Below are positions 63,157 through 64,000 of a stretch of DNA of 64,000 bases, piece by piece. Below the pieces are notes generated by a model. The model was not told the origin of the DNA and did not search any database. It worked only from the letters and a program-made list of their open reading frames with translations. The first letter of the stretch is position 1. The number at the start of each line of letters is the position of its first letter. This DNA is from Phaeosaccion multiseriatum (lineage: Eukaryota; Protista; Ochrophyta, other classes): the NCBI GenBank assembly GCA_965112735.1, contig OZ218950.1, forward strand, positions 1,612,001-1,676,000, given 5' to 3'. A program made the position numbers and the translations under genes.

Positions 63157-64000
63157 CAGACAGACAGACAGAAAGATAGATAGACAGATACACACAAGCG
63201 GTAGGAGCAGCAGCGGCGGCGGAGGAGAGAACGGGAATGAATCTCAAGAGGAAGAGGAGGGACTCGTTCGTTTAGTCGCGCAGCCTCCGGGGGGGGGGGG
63301 GGGGTTGGCAAGCAGACAGGCGCCACTCGCCATATCTTACTCTCATCAAGTCGTACATGTACATGAAACGGCAACTCTCATCAAGCCAAATCAATCAATC
63401 AGGTCCGGTCCGTATGACCAACTCTCCAACCGACGTACCTGGTGTCAAGGAAGCCTCGATAGGCGCCATTGCCCACAGAGATGAGCAGCACTGCCGGCGC
63501 CGCGAGGGCTCTAATACTGAGGTAGGCTCGAGCCTCCGCCGCATTGTGAGCGGTGGCACCCATGATGGACAGGATGCCACCCCCACACGTCTCGAGGAGC
63601 AAGACCATGACGAGTCCGAGCCCCACTGCCGCGGTTTGCAGGGAGCCGATGATGCGAGTAGCTGCAGCCTTGTCTCCCTTGGCGAGAGCATTGGCGACCA
63701 GAGGGGTGGGTACTGGGAGGGTGGAGAGGGAAGGGGGCGGGGGGGGTTATGGCGGGGTGTGGTTCCGTTGCCTCATGTGTCGGTGGGTAGGCAGGGATGG
63801 GTCTCTCTGATGGCATCGTGAGTCGCGAACGAAAGAGAGCTTTGAGGTGATGTTTTTTGTCAAAAGATGGATACAATACGGACCTGAAGCGAGGAAGTTG
63901 AAGATGTAGAAGCTGAAGGTGAAGATGTAGGTATTAAGCCCCATGGCCTCCAGTCCGAGCGGGGTCCCTAAGCGCCCCACGTAGGCCGTGTCCACCAAGG
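60529..64000 (-). CDS. MATE (DinF-like) efflux transporter, 5' end outside window
   Basis: [105 protein letters not shown]. Confidence 0.93.
62720..62770 (+). mobile_element. 33-bp dispersed intronic element with (TG)n tail, copy C
   Basis: CTAACTTTAGGGAGTCAACCTAAGAATTACGTA-TTGTGTGTG; 28/33 identical to copy A. Confidence 0.68.

Overview
GC-rich, intron- and microsatellite-dense eukaryotic nuclear DNA. Bipartite signal+transit peptides (RPE: ...GSAAA-FTG; NifU-like: ...SCGA-FAP) point to a photosynthetic alga with a secondary red plastid, most likely an ochrophyte/stramenopile (inference). I reconstruct about 18 protein-coding genes, mostly spliced and mostly in tight head-to-head pairs: TPR+SAM methyltransferase, WD40 protein, PKA-like AGC kinase, TMEM181-like, VKORC1-like, unknown membrane protein, MAK16, UBE2Q-like E2, ER STI1-type protein, low-complexity protein, ankyrin-TPR protein, plastid RPE, small double zinc-finger ORF, hinderin/KIAA1328-like, CxxC-less NifU-like protein, two coiled-coil proteins and a MATE transporter cut by the window end. 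No rRNA, tRNA, CRISPR array or transposase was seen. The most unusual signal is a set of short dispersed repeats tied to microsatellites. (1) A (CAG)n-TTGGTGATA-(CAG)n motif occurs at about 15 sites on both strands, in introns, intergenic DNA and exons of 6 unrelated genes, where it is read in different frames (QQLVIQQ, AVGDTA, A[VE]SPTA). (2) A 33-bp AT-rich element with a (TG)n tail sits in 4 introns. (3) A 25-bp module is shared by the poly-Glu tracts of two genes. (4) A 12-bp GCCCATATGCCT minisatellite is both intergenic and exonic. There is also a MITE-like nested inverted-repeat/minisatellite block at about 30 kb and an inverted partial copy of the TMEM181 last exon. All splice models and family calls were made by eye without database searches.
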